A stretch of DNA of 64,000 nt from Desulfurococcales archaeon. GTDB taxonomy: Archaea; Thermoproteota; Thermoprotei_A; Sulfolobales; Desulfurococcaceae. A program made the translations under genes and the position numbers. Shown piece after piece: positions 9,113 to 17,946 of this stretch (positions are counted from its first letter, which is position 1; each line of letters begins with the position of its first letter). The stretch spans positions 563,320-627,319 of the forward strand of contig JALVYU010000026.1 in assembly GCA_027022365.1 (NCBI GenBank). The letters are read 5' to 3'. The notes under the pieces are model-generated. The model was not told the origin of the DNA and ran no database searches. It was given only the letters and a program-made list of their open reading frames with translations.

Positions 9113-11197
9113 ATGCTTCTTAATATTGGTTCTAGGGACGTGGTGACGCTGGAAATGAATAAAAAGATGCTATTAGCTGGTGTGATCCTACTGGTTATAT
9201 CGTTGGTATGGTATTTCTACATATGCTTTGTTCTTGACAGTGCAAAATGGAGTGTCATGGACGGCGTAATAGCGTGGTTTCATCAACATGTGATCCAATA
9301 TATACGCTCTGGAGGAGATCTAACTGTTGATGCTCATCTACGATTTGTTTCCCCGAGAAATCTACTCTATTCACCAATACTTGTCGATAGAATTGTTGCG
9401 GCAACAAATATGGTTCCAGGTTATTGGACCTTAATAGCCGGTACTTTATTCATAGTGATGGTTTTCCTGATATCGATCTATGTGTTCAGAAACGGCATTA
9501 CTGCCGGGCTAGCAGCTATCTTATTCGCTACAACGCCGAGCTTCGTCTATTGGTTCAAGTACAACAACTATGGAGATTACACGTTGCAATTTCTATGGTT
9601 GATCACTATCTTGGTCATTGGTATTGGGATCAAGCGCAACAACAAGATCATTACGGTTCTAGGCTCTATAGTGGGCGGACTTCTATGGGTATTATGGAGC
9701 GGTGGCTGGGTAACGATGCTTGTTTACGCGGGTTTTCTCTCATTACTAATATATGCTGGCAGAATAAAGCCTGCTCACCTTGTCCCGGCGATTTCCCTGC
9801 TGGTCATTTCGCCCCTGCTCAATATTGTTACACAAACATATTTCATTACATTCTATCACGTACTCGGCTACGTCGCCCTAGCAATAATGACTATCGTGTC
9901 GTTCATAGAGTATCGAACAATCAGGGCTTCAGGCCCGCTGACCAGGGTCTCGTGGAGATTAATAGGGGTAGTAGCTGGCGCCGCTCTCACGGTGGCTGTA
10001 TCACTGGTCGCAAATCAATGCTATAATCTCGTCAACTACCCGGCATTTATAAAGCCTTACGAACTACCCCTTGATCTGGGCATTCTGGGAGTACTATCTC
10101 TGTTGGCCTTTATAGTACTTTTACGCGGCCGTATTCTCGGTAATCTCGAAGCTAGTTTTACTGTTTACGCTCTTTTCGCAGGATTCATAATAGGATTAAT
10201 AAGCGGCTTTGTCGATCATACAATGCCAGTATTTACCGTTGCTTCTATAGCTCCCCTCGTTGCCTATAGTATCTATACCATAGCATCGTTTACGTTTCGT
10301 CATACTGAGAGGCTAAAGAGTGTAGGGATTAAGATAGCCTACATTCTCGGCATCTCATGGATATTGATAGGTTCGATTATGGCTGGTGCCTTACCTTCAT
10401 ATGCGATGATAAACGAGCCTCCTAGGATATATTATGGTGATCTAACTAAGAACCTAATAGGAAATGCAACGATCACTAATCCTCCCCTCGTTCGAGCCCT
10501 AGATTTTATCAGAGAAAACACTACTGGCAATACTCTGATCATATGTTACTGGGGCTATAGCTACTGGGTTGTCGGATATATTGGTAACGCTTATACAATC
10601 GCTGATCCTGATGGGACGCTCTATGGCAAAAGATTGATCTCGTGGTTCTTCATGAGCGACGAATATACGGCTATTAACTTGATAAAACAAATCGTCGGGA
10701 ACACTAAGGACGTGAACGTATATGTGCTGGTTGCTGAAGCCATTAGTATCGAGAAAACCATGGGTGCTTCAAGCCTTAAACTAGCGTATATAGGACGCGT
10801 AATTCCGGGACCGAGAACAACTACTGGTGAACAAACACTCTATTATCAGCCAGTAGGTGATATTGCACGAATACCGACATATATTTCGGGAACAGGTAAA
10901 GCACTTGCATTTTACCTAGATACTTACCGTGTAAGATCCTTATTTGAGGCGCCGCTGGCCTGGAATAATGTTACCGAGCAGACAATGATTGTTCGGCTTA
11001 TACTCAATGCCATAAAGGCGCTGGGGTATCAGCCAATAAACGGTGTGTTATCGGAGCGGCCCATAACTAATATACCGGGCCTAAAGTTCTTTAAGTTGGA
11101 AAAAGCATTCATTGAGCCGCTATACAATGTCACGGCAGGGTTTAGATCGTTCCAGGTATCATACATGGTAGCAGTATATAAGGCTGAGCTCCCATAA
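9113..11197 (+). CDS. STT3/AglB-like GT-C fold membrane protein with a degenerate WWDYG motif
   Basis: About 13 TM segments then a soluble domain ALDFIRENT..ICYWGYSYWV..YTIAD, aligning to AglB AL.WL..NT..SWWDYGYWI..T.AD. Confidence 0.7.
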   Translation: MLLNIGSRDVVTLEMNKKMLLAGVILLVISLVWYFYICFVLDSAKWSVMDGVIAWFHQHVIQYIRSGGDLTVDAHLRFVSPRNLLYSPILVDRIVAATNMVPGYWTLIAGTLFIVMVFLISIYVFRNGITAGLAAILFATTPSFVYWFKYNNYGDYTLQFLWLITILVIGIGIKRNNKIITVLGSIVGGLLWVLWSGGWVTMLVYAGFLSLLIYAGRIKPAHLVPAISLLVISPLLNIVTQTYFITFYHVLGYVALAIMTIVSFIEYRTIRASGPLTRVSWRLIGVVAGAALTVAVSLVANQCYNLVNYPAFIKPYELPLDLGILGVLSLLAFIVLLRGRILGNLEASFTVYALFAGFIIGLISGFVDHTMPVFTVASIAPLVAYSIYTIASFTFRHTERLKSVGIKIAYILGISWILIGSIMAGALPSYAMINEPPRIYYGDLTKNLIGNATITNPPLVRALDFIRENTTGNTLIICYWGYSYWVVGYIGNAYTIADPDGTLYGKRLISWFFMSDEYTAINLIKQIVGNTKDVNVYVLVAEAISIEKTMGASSLKLAYIGRVIPGPRTTTGEQTLYYQPVGDIARIPTYISGTGKALAFYLDTYRVRSLFEAPLAWNNVTEQTMIVRLILNAIKALGYQPINGVLSERPITNIPGLKFFKLEKAFIEPLYNVTAGFRSFQVSYMVAVYKAELP

Positions 11198-11250
11198 TTT
11201 TCACTACATGAAAGTGTATCGGTAAAAGAGCCATTATCGGGTGAACGGCT

Positions 11251-12054
11251 GTGCCTATACCAAGAAAAGAATTACCCCGTGTAGGAGAATATGTTGTGGC
11301 GACAGTTAAGAAGATCTTCGATTATGGTGCCTACGTCACTCTCGACGAGTACAATGATATGGAAGCTTATCTTCCTTGGAGCGAAGTAGCATCTAGGTGG
11401 GTTAGAAACATAAGAGATGTAATCCGCGAAAACCAGAAGATAGTTGTTAAGGTCATTCGTGTTAACAGACGAAGAAAAACAGTTGATGTATCCCTTAAAA
11501 AAGTCCCGGACAATGAGAGAAGGCGGAAGATGCTGTGGTGGAAACGCTATCTAAAAGCTTCAAAGATTATTGAGCTAGTAGCTGAAAAGATCGGTAAATC
11601 GATAGAGGAAGCCTACAAGGAGGTTGTATGGAAACTCGAAGACTATTATGGTGACCCACTCTACGGCCTTGAAGAAGCAGTGCTCCGTGGCCCTGACGCG
11701 TTACGAGAAGCGGGTATACCAGAGGAATGGATAGAGCCACTCTATAACGAGGCGCTCCGCCACGTCAAGGTTAAAATGGTTAGAATACGCGGAATCCTAA
11801 CGCTGAGGTGTTTAAAACCTGATGGTGTAGAGAGAATAAGAGAAGTTCTCAAGGCCATCGAAGAAAACATTGTTAATGAGAAACAGAAGGTTAAAGGACG
11901 GGTTTATCTACTTGGTTCGCCAAGGTACGTACTAGAAATAACTGCTCCAGACTATAAGACTGCCGAGAGAATACTGGGCAATGCGTTGAAGAAAGCAGAA
12001 AAACTCGCCAAGAAGCTGGGTGTTGAAATTAGCTTCGAGCGTGAGAAGCGTTGA
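11251..12054 (+). CDS. eif2a: Translation initiation factor aIF-2 alpha
   Basis: LPRVGEYVVATV..DYGAYVTLDEY S1 domain; GSPRY..APDYKTAE. Confidence 0.96.
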   Translation: MPIPRKELPRVGEYVVATVKKIFDYGAYVTLDEYNDMEAYLPWSEVASRWVRNIRDVIRENQKIVVKVIRVNRRRKTVDVSLKKVPDNERRRKMLWWKRYLKASKIIELVAEKIGKSIEEAYKEVVWKLEDYYGDPLYGLEEAVLRGPDALREAGIPEEWIEPLYNEALRHVKVKMVRIRGILTLRCLKPDGVERIREVLKAIEENIVNEKQKVKGRVYLLGSPRYVLEITAPDYKTAERILGNALKKAEKLAKKLGVEISFEREKR

Positions 12055-12251
12055 AGTGGCTGATGCGTAGATGCTCTAGGTGCGGCAGATATACGCTCCG
12101 ACATGATAGGTGTCCGTATTGTGGCGGAGAACTATATGTGCCGCACCCGCATCGATTCAGTCCTGATGATAAGTATGTTGCCTACAGGATTGAAATGAAG
12201 AGGAAAACAGGTGTTTTAGCTCTAGATAAACCTGTTTATTACGATCCCTAG
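12051..12251 (+). CDS. nop10: H/ACA RNP protein Nop10
   Basis: CSRCGRYTL..CPYCG..PHPHRFSPDDKY; directly follows aIF2alpha. Confidence 0.95.
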   Translation: MKWLMRRCSRCGRYTLRHDRCPYCGGELYVPHPHRFSPDDKYVAYRIEMKRKTGVLALDKPVYYDP

Positions 12252-12257
12252 TATTCG

Positions 12258-13349
12258 TCATTGTTTCTTTAGTAGCGAGTAAAGATAATCTATCATTTTC
12301 AGGCCCGAGCCCGTGAGCGGCAATAATATGGGTTCTTCTACATCACCTTTATCTTCAATGTATTTAAGAATACCAGCTAGTGATGCGGCGCTTGTCGGTT
12401 CAATAATGAACCCCATTCTTATCAGATCCTTTAAAGAAGATATTATTTCATCATTGTCTACTACCACGATATCCCCATACTTCTTTATGATCTCGGCTAT
12501 TTCGTGTTTACGTGGTGGATCACGAACCATTATGCCATCGGCAATGCTTGAGTCGCCGCGGCATTGTTTTCCATAGATTAATTCATAGATGGGTGCCGAT
12601 GAAACGCCTTGGATGCCTATAATGCGGGGCATTGTGCCGATAAGCCCTAGATCTACTAGGTCCTTGAATCCCTTATATATGCCTAGCAGGAGCGAACCGC
12701 TTCCGATGGGGACAACCACGGTTCCGTGTTTAAACCCTTCTTCGTATGCTTCATATGCTATAGTTTTATTAGCGTGATAGAACAAGGGGTTCCAAGTATG
12801 AGCTACGTAGCAGGTAGTCTCATCTATTAGCTCGAGAACCTTTTTGGCCGCATCAGGCCTAGTCGGGGCCTCTATGATTTTTCCCCCTAGGAGTCTAATG
12901 AGGTTCTTCTTACCTTCTGGCGCGTACTGGGGCATAACAATGGCTGCTTGCATGTTGTTTATCCGAGAATAGAGTGCTGTAGCTATGCCTGTGTTGCCGC
13001 TTGTATCTTCCACTACTTTTGAGTATCCCAGTGAGGAAGCATAGGATAGAGTTAGTGATGCCCCCCTATCTTTGAAGCTCCCACCTGGATTCAGATACTC
13101 GAGTTTAAATAGGAAGCTTTTACCCTTAATGCTCCTTTTGATTAGAGGGGTTTCCCCCTCACCGAGATATTTGATATTCTGTACTGGTAGCATGGATCTA
13201 TATCTTAGTATTCCGCGGCCTTTAGGCCTCCATTCAATGTCGTAGATCAGGTCTAGAGGGGCGCCGCATTTTGGGCATTTCCAATAATAGTGTTTGCCTA
13301 GCTCTTCTTTAAACCCGCAATTCCTACAATAATATGTCGGGTTCCCCAT
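12258..13349 (-). CDS. Threonine synthase-like PLP-dependent enzyme (fold II) with N-terminal Zn ribbon
   Basis: LGEGETPL, KLEYLNPGGSFKDRG, EDTSGNTG, EPTSA, LTGSGLK. Confidence 0.85.
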   Translation of the reverse strand: MGNPTYYCRNCGFKEELGKHYYWKCPKCGAPLDLIYDIEWRPKGRGILRYRSMLPVQNIKYLGEGETPLIKRSIKGKSFLFKLEYLNPGGSFKDRGASLTLSYASSLGYSKVVEDTSGNTGIATALYSRINNMQAAIVMPQYAPEGKKNLIRLLGGKIIEAPTRPDAAKKVLELIDETTCYVAHTWNPLFYHANKTIAYEAYEEGFKHGTVVVPIGSGSLLLGIYKGFKDLVDLGLIGTMPRIIGIQGVSSAPIYELIYGKQCRGDSSIADGIMVRDPPRKHEIAEIIKKYGDIVVVDNDEIISSLKDLIRMGFIIEPTSAASLAGILKYIEDKGDVEEPILLPLTGSGLKMIDYLYSLLKKQ

Positions 13350-13471
13350 AGAGATTACCTTGAAGAGTCCTGTTATTTAGAGTTATAAGGACGTAATATT
13401 ATATTGGCTTATCTCTTCGAAGAGATGATTCTGTTACTAATCATATGTTGTGCGGATTTTTGTGAGGAAGG

Positions 13472-13546
13472 CGCCGCCGCCGGGATTTGAACCCGGGTCA
13501 CGGGCTCGACAGGCCCGCATACTAGGCCGGGCTATACTACGGCGGC
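13472..13546 (-). tRNA. tRNA-Asp(GTC), no intron
   Basis: Cloverleaf GCCGCCG...CGGGC-CT-GTC-GA-GCCCG...TTCAAAT...CGGCGGC-G. Confidence 0.97.
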
Positions 13547-13872
13547 AGTTCCGGTTTCGATAATATTCCCGAGCCGGGGTTTTTATTTTTCACGGTTAAC
13601 ACATTACGGTTCCCGGTAATGCTATAGGCGAGCTTACCGGGTTTTATATGGTTGTATCGTGTTTTCTATAGTTGTTTTTCTATGTATATTGCTGCTGTAT
13701 ATTAGAGACTAGAGAGGAGCCCATAGATGGGTCTCTAAAAGGGTTGCTCAAACGAACTATATCATATATGTAGGGTTACCTCGTCTGTTTTTAGGTGCTT
13801 TGAGGGAGCTTGGTAGAGTATTAAGCATTAATAATATTATGTTGAGAAATCATGTAAAGAGGCGGGTCTACA

Positions 13873-14547
13873 TTGAAAATTTATGGACATAGAGCTAACA
13901 CGGTCAGAATAATAAGATATTATCTGAGAACAGGCGTCAAGGCTTTCGAGGTCGACTTGGCCCTGGACGAGAGTAGTGGAAGGATTGTTCTTAGGCATGG
14001 ACCGAGCCCTATCAAGAGGCCGAGTATTCCAGGACGGATCATGGCTTGGATAGACTATCATTTCTTCTACCGTGATCCATTGATAAGGAAAATTAGTTTT
14101 GAAGAAATACTAGATCTAGCGGAAAAACATGATATTGAACTATTGCTAGACATAAAGGATCTAAGGACTGCCGGGAAACTCGCCGATGTTCTCTCTACCG
14201 TTGATCCACGTAGGCTCGGCCTTGCCGTTTCTTCCGAGGATCATAGAGCGGTAAAATATCTGGCTGAAAAGCTAGGCAGAGTTCTATTGCTGGTAAGCCT
14301 CAGTATACGGCCTATAGACGTTGCACGTTTAGTTTCTGATGCATCGGCAAATGGTGTTTCAATAAAATACACGTGGCTCACACCCGAGCTGGTAGCTGAA
14401 TTAAAGGATAAGGGATACATGATCTATGCTTGGACGATCAATGATCCTAAGGAGCTAGAAGCAATGTATAATCTAGGAGTTGACGCAGTCATAAGCGATT
14501 GCCCTGATAAACTCATAAAGTATTTGTCGAAGCAGAATCGATTATAG
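13873..14547 (+). CDS. Glycerophosphodiester phosphodiesterase family protein
   Basis: IYGHR, FEVD, LLDIK, YAWTIND, GVDAVISDCP. Confidence 0.88.
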   Translation: MKIYGHRANTVRIIRYYLRTGVKAFEVDLALDESSGRIVLRHGPSPIKRPSIPGRIMAWIDYHFFYRDPLIRKISFEEILDLAEKHDIELLLDIKDLRTAGKLADVLSTVDPRRLGLAVSSEDHRAVKYLAEKLGRVLLLVSLSIRPIDVARLVSDASANGVSIKYTWLTPELVAELKDKGYMIYAWTINDPKELEAMYNLGVDAVISDCPDKLIKYLSKQNRL

Positions 14548-14586
14548 TGGGAGGTCTGAAGCCGTGAATAGGCTTGGCGGCAGAAA
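14535..14586 (+). ncRNA. Candidate degenerate C/D-box sRNA
   Basis: CTGA at 14556-59, GCCGTGA, then guide GGCTTGGCGG + CAGA. The guide is complementary to 16S CCGCCAAGCC at 63925-63934. Box C is poor. Confidence 0.3.
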
Positions 14587-14601
14587 CGATTAGAACAAAC
14601 C

Positions 14602-14763
14602 CTACTTTACCTTGAAGCTTCTCTTAGGCCTGAGATTCTTGCTCTTACACCGCCTACATTTTGTAGCGTTAGGCGGATTTATCGCTCCACACTTCCTACA
14701 GATCTTTTTATTCATTACCCTGTTGTATACTATTCTTAGTTTAACCGGATCAGTAATCGGCAT
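14602..14763 (-). CDS. rpl40e: 50S ribosomal protein L40e (below the ORF-track length cut-off)
   Basis: Manual translation: [53 protein letters not shown]. Confidence 0.95.
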   Translation of the reverse strand: MPITDPVKLRIVYNRVMNKKICRKCGAINPPNATKCRRCKSKNLRPKRSFKVK

Positions 14764-14890
14764 AACTCCACACCAGCCCCCTACTCAACTCTTACCTAGA
14801 ACAATGGAGAACAACGCCTAAATAAATATGTTTTCTTAAAACCAGGGAAAACCAATATAAGACACATACATGGTAGATATCGACCTGGAA

Positions 14891-14954
14891 GGGCCCGGAC
14901 TGCGAGCGGAAAGCGATGAAGAACCTAGGCCACGAAAGCCCGGCGCAGTCTACA
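14891..14954 (+). ncRNA. Structured GC-rich RNA in the tRNA-His leader (H/ACA-like candidate)
   Basis: 8-bp stem GGACTGCG/CGCAGTCT closed by ACA, with a K-turn-like GA..GATGA inside; lies downstream of a TATA-like AATATAA at about 14854. Confidence 0.45.
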
Positions 14955-14959
14955 AAGGT

Positions 14960-15061
14960 GGCCCGGGTAGCTCAGCCTGGTTAGAGCGCCGGGCTGTGGC
15001 CTCCGATGAAAACGAGGAGGCGGAAACCCGGAGGTCCCGGGTTCAAATCCCGGCCCGGGCC
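14960..15061 (+). tRNA. tRNA-His(GTG) with encoded G-1 and a 26-nt intron at 37/38 (15000-15025)
   Basis: Cloverleaf; BHB with central CTGT/GCGG helix and bulges GGC and AAA. Confidence 0.95.
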
Positions 15062-15174
15062 CTTATTTTCTCACTAAGCCTATCTATTTAGAATATACCG
15101 CCAGCAATACACACCTGGTATATAATTTCTTTTTTCTTATTCACTCTTCCAAGCTCTCAGAAATTTTGAATTCA

Positions 15175-16321
15175 TTTTCAAATTTTCTTTCTTTGTTTCC
15201 AAGATACAACATTATTAAGTGAGGGATCTACACGTTCCTCTTTCAATTTTTGTTTATTGTTTCTCTCGCCTACTATCGGCTCACGAGCGACGATGTATTG
15301 TTGGAGATGATGCTTTCAATTTTTGTTTATTGTTTCAGCCTAGTTCTTGATAGGCTCAAGGATGATACTATTTCTTTCAATTTTTGTTTATTGTTTCCGC
15401 AAGGTATGTTTGCTGACGCATGTTCTGAGAGGAACCGATATCTTTCAATTTTTGTTTATTGTTTCACAATACCAGTACATACTACCATACATTAGACTGC
15501 TAACTTTCAATTTTTGTTTATTGTTTCTTTCCTGTAGTGCTTCAGGGCTTGTACTATGATGTATGCGCTTTCAATTTTTGTTTATTGTTTCGGGTGAGGA
15601 ACGGTAGCGGGGAGATCGTGGCGGAGTCTACTCTTTCAATTTTTGTTTATTGTTTCACAATCCATGATCATCCGGAGATCAGGATCTATTATGCTTTCAA
15701 TTTTTGTTTATTGTTTCACCCCTACGACCTAGCCGACGCAATGAGTAGAGCATACAATACTTTCAATTTTTGTTTATTGTTTCAAGGCGATCAAGAAGAA
15801 ACCCACCGATAAGGTGGAGAGCACCGCTTTCAATTTTTGTTTATTGTTTCGGATGAGGGGAGCCGGCCCCTGGTTGTTGATGATAATGGTAATACTTTCA
15901 ATTTTTGTTTATTGTTTCTTGCCGAAGGAGTGATGTTACCAATAGAACGGCTAATGACGGGCTTTCAATTTTTGTTTATTGTTTCGAACTGTACTGAGCG
16001 CGTATGTATTATGTATCTTGGCTCCAGCACTTTCAATTTTTGTTTATTGTTTCGATCGGCGGATTCGTCAGCGACATAATACACGCAACCGGTAACTCTT
16101 TCAATTTTTGTTTATTGTTTCGGTATCGTGATGACTAGGCTTGAGCCTTTACGCCATACACGTGCTCTTTCAATTTTTGTTTATTGTTTCATACTAAAAC
16201 ACCACGAGGATGTGTTACAACATACTATGAGCTTTCAATTTTTGTTTATTGTTTCTTCCTCCAGAGGAGCCTGAGCCTATACTTACCAGGAAGTGGGCTT
16301 TCAATTTTTGTTTATTGTTTC
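15175..16321 (-). CRISPR. CRISPR array: 17 identical 24-bp repeats (GAAACAATAAACAAAAATTGAAAG on the minus strand; 15240-16321) with 16 spacers of 37-49 bp, plus a degenerate trailer repeat (about 15175-15199) and its spacer
   Basis: Repeats counted directly. The ATTGAAAG 3' end, the degenerate repeat at left and the AT-rich leader at right give minus-strand orientation. Confidence 0.97.
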
Positions 16322-16620
16322 TGTTCTTGTTTGTTTCTTTGGTTGTTTATATGTTTGTTATTGTTTTTAGTTTTGTTGTTTGTTTTCCTGTTTTCTCCTT
16401 GGGGCTGATGGGGATCTCGGGTAGAAAAGCTTAAATAAGCGCCTAATGGTGCTCCCGGGAACTATAGGGAAAACTGCCCGGGAACTGTATAGATCACATT
16501 AACACTTCTATAACAAGCACAACAAAATCTAATGATCTACAACCAGAAACGAACAGATGGAGAAGACACGGTTTCCCGGGAGAGATCGGGATGTTTCACA
16601 ATAGTGTTTTATCTTTGTAT
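16322..16620 (-). promoter_or_regulatory. CRISPR leader with putative TATA (about 16428-16440) and repeated CCCGGGA(A) motifs
   Basis: Low-complexity A-rich (minus strand) tract next to the last repeat; CCCGGGAACT at about 16454 and 16477, TTCCCGGGA at about 16573. Confidence 0.7.
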
Positions 16621-16836
16621 GCAGGTATTACTTGTTTTTTCAAATGTTTTTGTGAGGATGCCGGCTAGGAATTGGCTTGGATTAAGTATTTTTGTTTGTG
16701 GTTTTTGTTTTGGTTTTTTCTTTTCTAGGATGGATGTTGGAAAAAATAAAGCTCTAATTATGTTTGTGAGTGATCGTATTCTTTTGTGGTGCTAATTGAG
16801 ATTGGGACAAATTACTGCGTGTTTATTCTTGTTGGG

Positions 16837-17112
16837 TTAGGTTTTTTGTTCGAGGTTTTTTATCTTTTTTATCTCGTTGCTTATTTTCTTGATGAGTAGC
16901 TCTATTACCTCTATTCTTTCCCTGATATATTTTATTGCTTCATCCAGCGTTACCTCGATGAGCATGTTGCCTATCGTGCGGTATATTTTTCTGTTTTTGT
17001 TCTTTTTCAAAAGATCTTCGGCGATTAGTAGTTCTTGTTTTTCGTTATTTAGTTCTATCAGTTGTTTCTTTAGTTGTTGGAGCTCGTAGTATTTTGTCAG
17101 TGTGTCTTTCAT
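16837..17112 (-). CDS. Prefoldin beta-like subunit (short, divergent)
   Basis: Coiled coil - KIYRTIGNMLIEV hairpin - coiled coil. Confidence 0.75.
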   Translation of the reverse strand: MKDTLTKYYELQQLKKQLIELNNEKQELLIAEDLLKKNKNRKIYRTIGNMLIEVTLDEAIKYIRERIEVIELLIKKISNEIKKIKNLEQKT

Positions 17113-17119
17113 TTCTGGT

Positions 17120-17560
17120 TCACTGCTCAGCTTTCCTTGAGAGCTTCTCGACTTGGGGAAGGATTTCGTTTATCTTTCTATTGATCTCCTCGAGCTTTCT
17201 CAGGAGGTCAAGCCTTATGTTCTCGAGTATCTTGATCCTTTCCTCGAGCATCTGCTTTGCTTCGCTGATCGATGCTTCGATACTTATTCTTCCACCGACA
17301 CCCATTATGATGTTCTCTATTTTCTCTATCCTTGCTCTTATGTAGTTGCCAGCGCCTATAGGTACAAGCACTGTTTTTCCTTCGCCATGCTTTTCTAAGT
17401 ACTCGAGCGTCTCGATGGCTGTCGCTAAATCCTGGATAGTGGCCGTTATTACATCTATTTGGTTCCTAATATACTCGGCCTGCCCGATTAGACTGCGTAA
17501 TTCGTCCTGAAGCTCGACCAGTTTCTTATGATCAAGAACTGTTTTCTCGGTTCCACTCAT
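17120..17560 (-). CDS. pfdA: Prefoldin alpha subunit
   Basis: VLVPIGAGNYIRARI..IIMGVGGRISIE double hairpin between coiled coils. Confidence 0.9.
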   Translation of the reverse strand: MSGTEKTVLDHKKLVELQDELRSLIGQAEYIRNQIDVITATIQDLATAIETLEYLEKHGEGKTVLVPIGAGNYIRARIEKIENIIMGVGGRISIEASISEAKQMLEERIKILENIRLDLLRKLEEINRKINEILPQVEKLSRKAEQ

Positions 17561-17946
17561 TTATATCACCGGAAAAACACTATATATGATCGCTTATAAA
17601 AATTTTTGATTATTATATTCTTTTACATTATCATATATGAGAATAACATATTCATTAAATATATACTGAATTATGTAAACTTTGTATTAAAATTAATTCG
17701 TGTTATGACAATATCGATTAGTTCTATCTAAAGGTTACTCTATTACATTGTAGAATACGCCTGTAATAGATCATATACAACTAGGGCACCAGTGCTGTTT
17801 CCAGCGTATTTGACTGTTAGGGAATACATTCGGGCGATGATAGACTTCATTATGAAAGTTTTTTCTATAAATTGTTTGCTCACAACTTGTTAGCACTTCT
17901 CGTTAATTATCCTTATTTTTACCTTATCGGCCGATAATAGTGTGGG

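Noticed and set aside
14870-15091. 73-aa ORF here, and the 86-aa ORF at 20675-20935
   Set aside because: They overlap tRNA-His and tRNA-Cys respectively
15264-16297. Self-targeting spacers, and short shared words between spacers 2 and 14
   Set aside because: No convincing match in the window by eye; 8-9 nt overlaps are expected by chance
15250-16434. Several ORFs across the CRISPR array
   Set aside because: Translations of the repeat and spacers (FNFCLLF, SIFVYCF); not genes
17561-17946. AT-rich intergenic region as a replication origin
   Set aside because: No repeated ORB boxes and no adjacent cdc6/orc1; explained by divergent promoters
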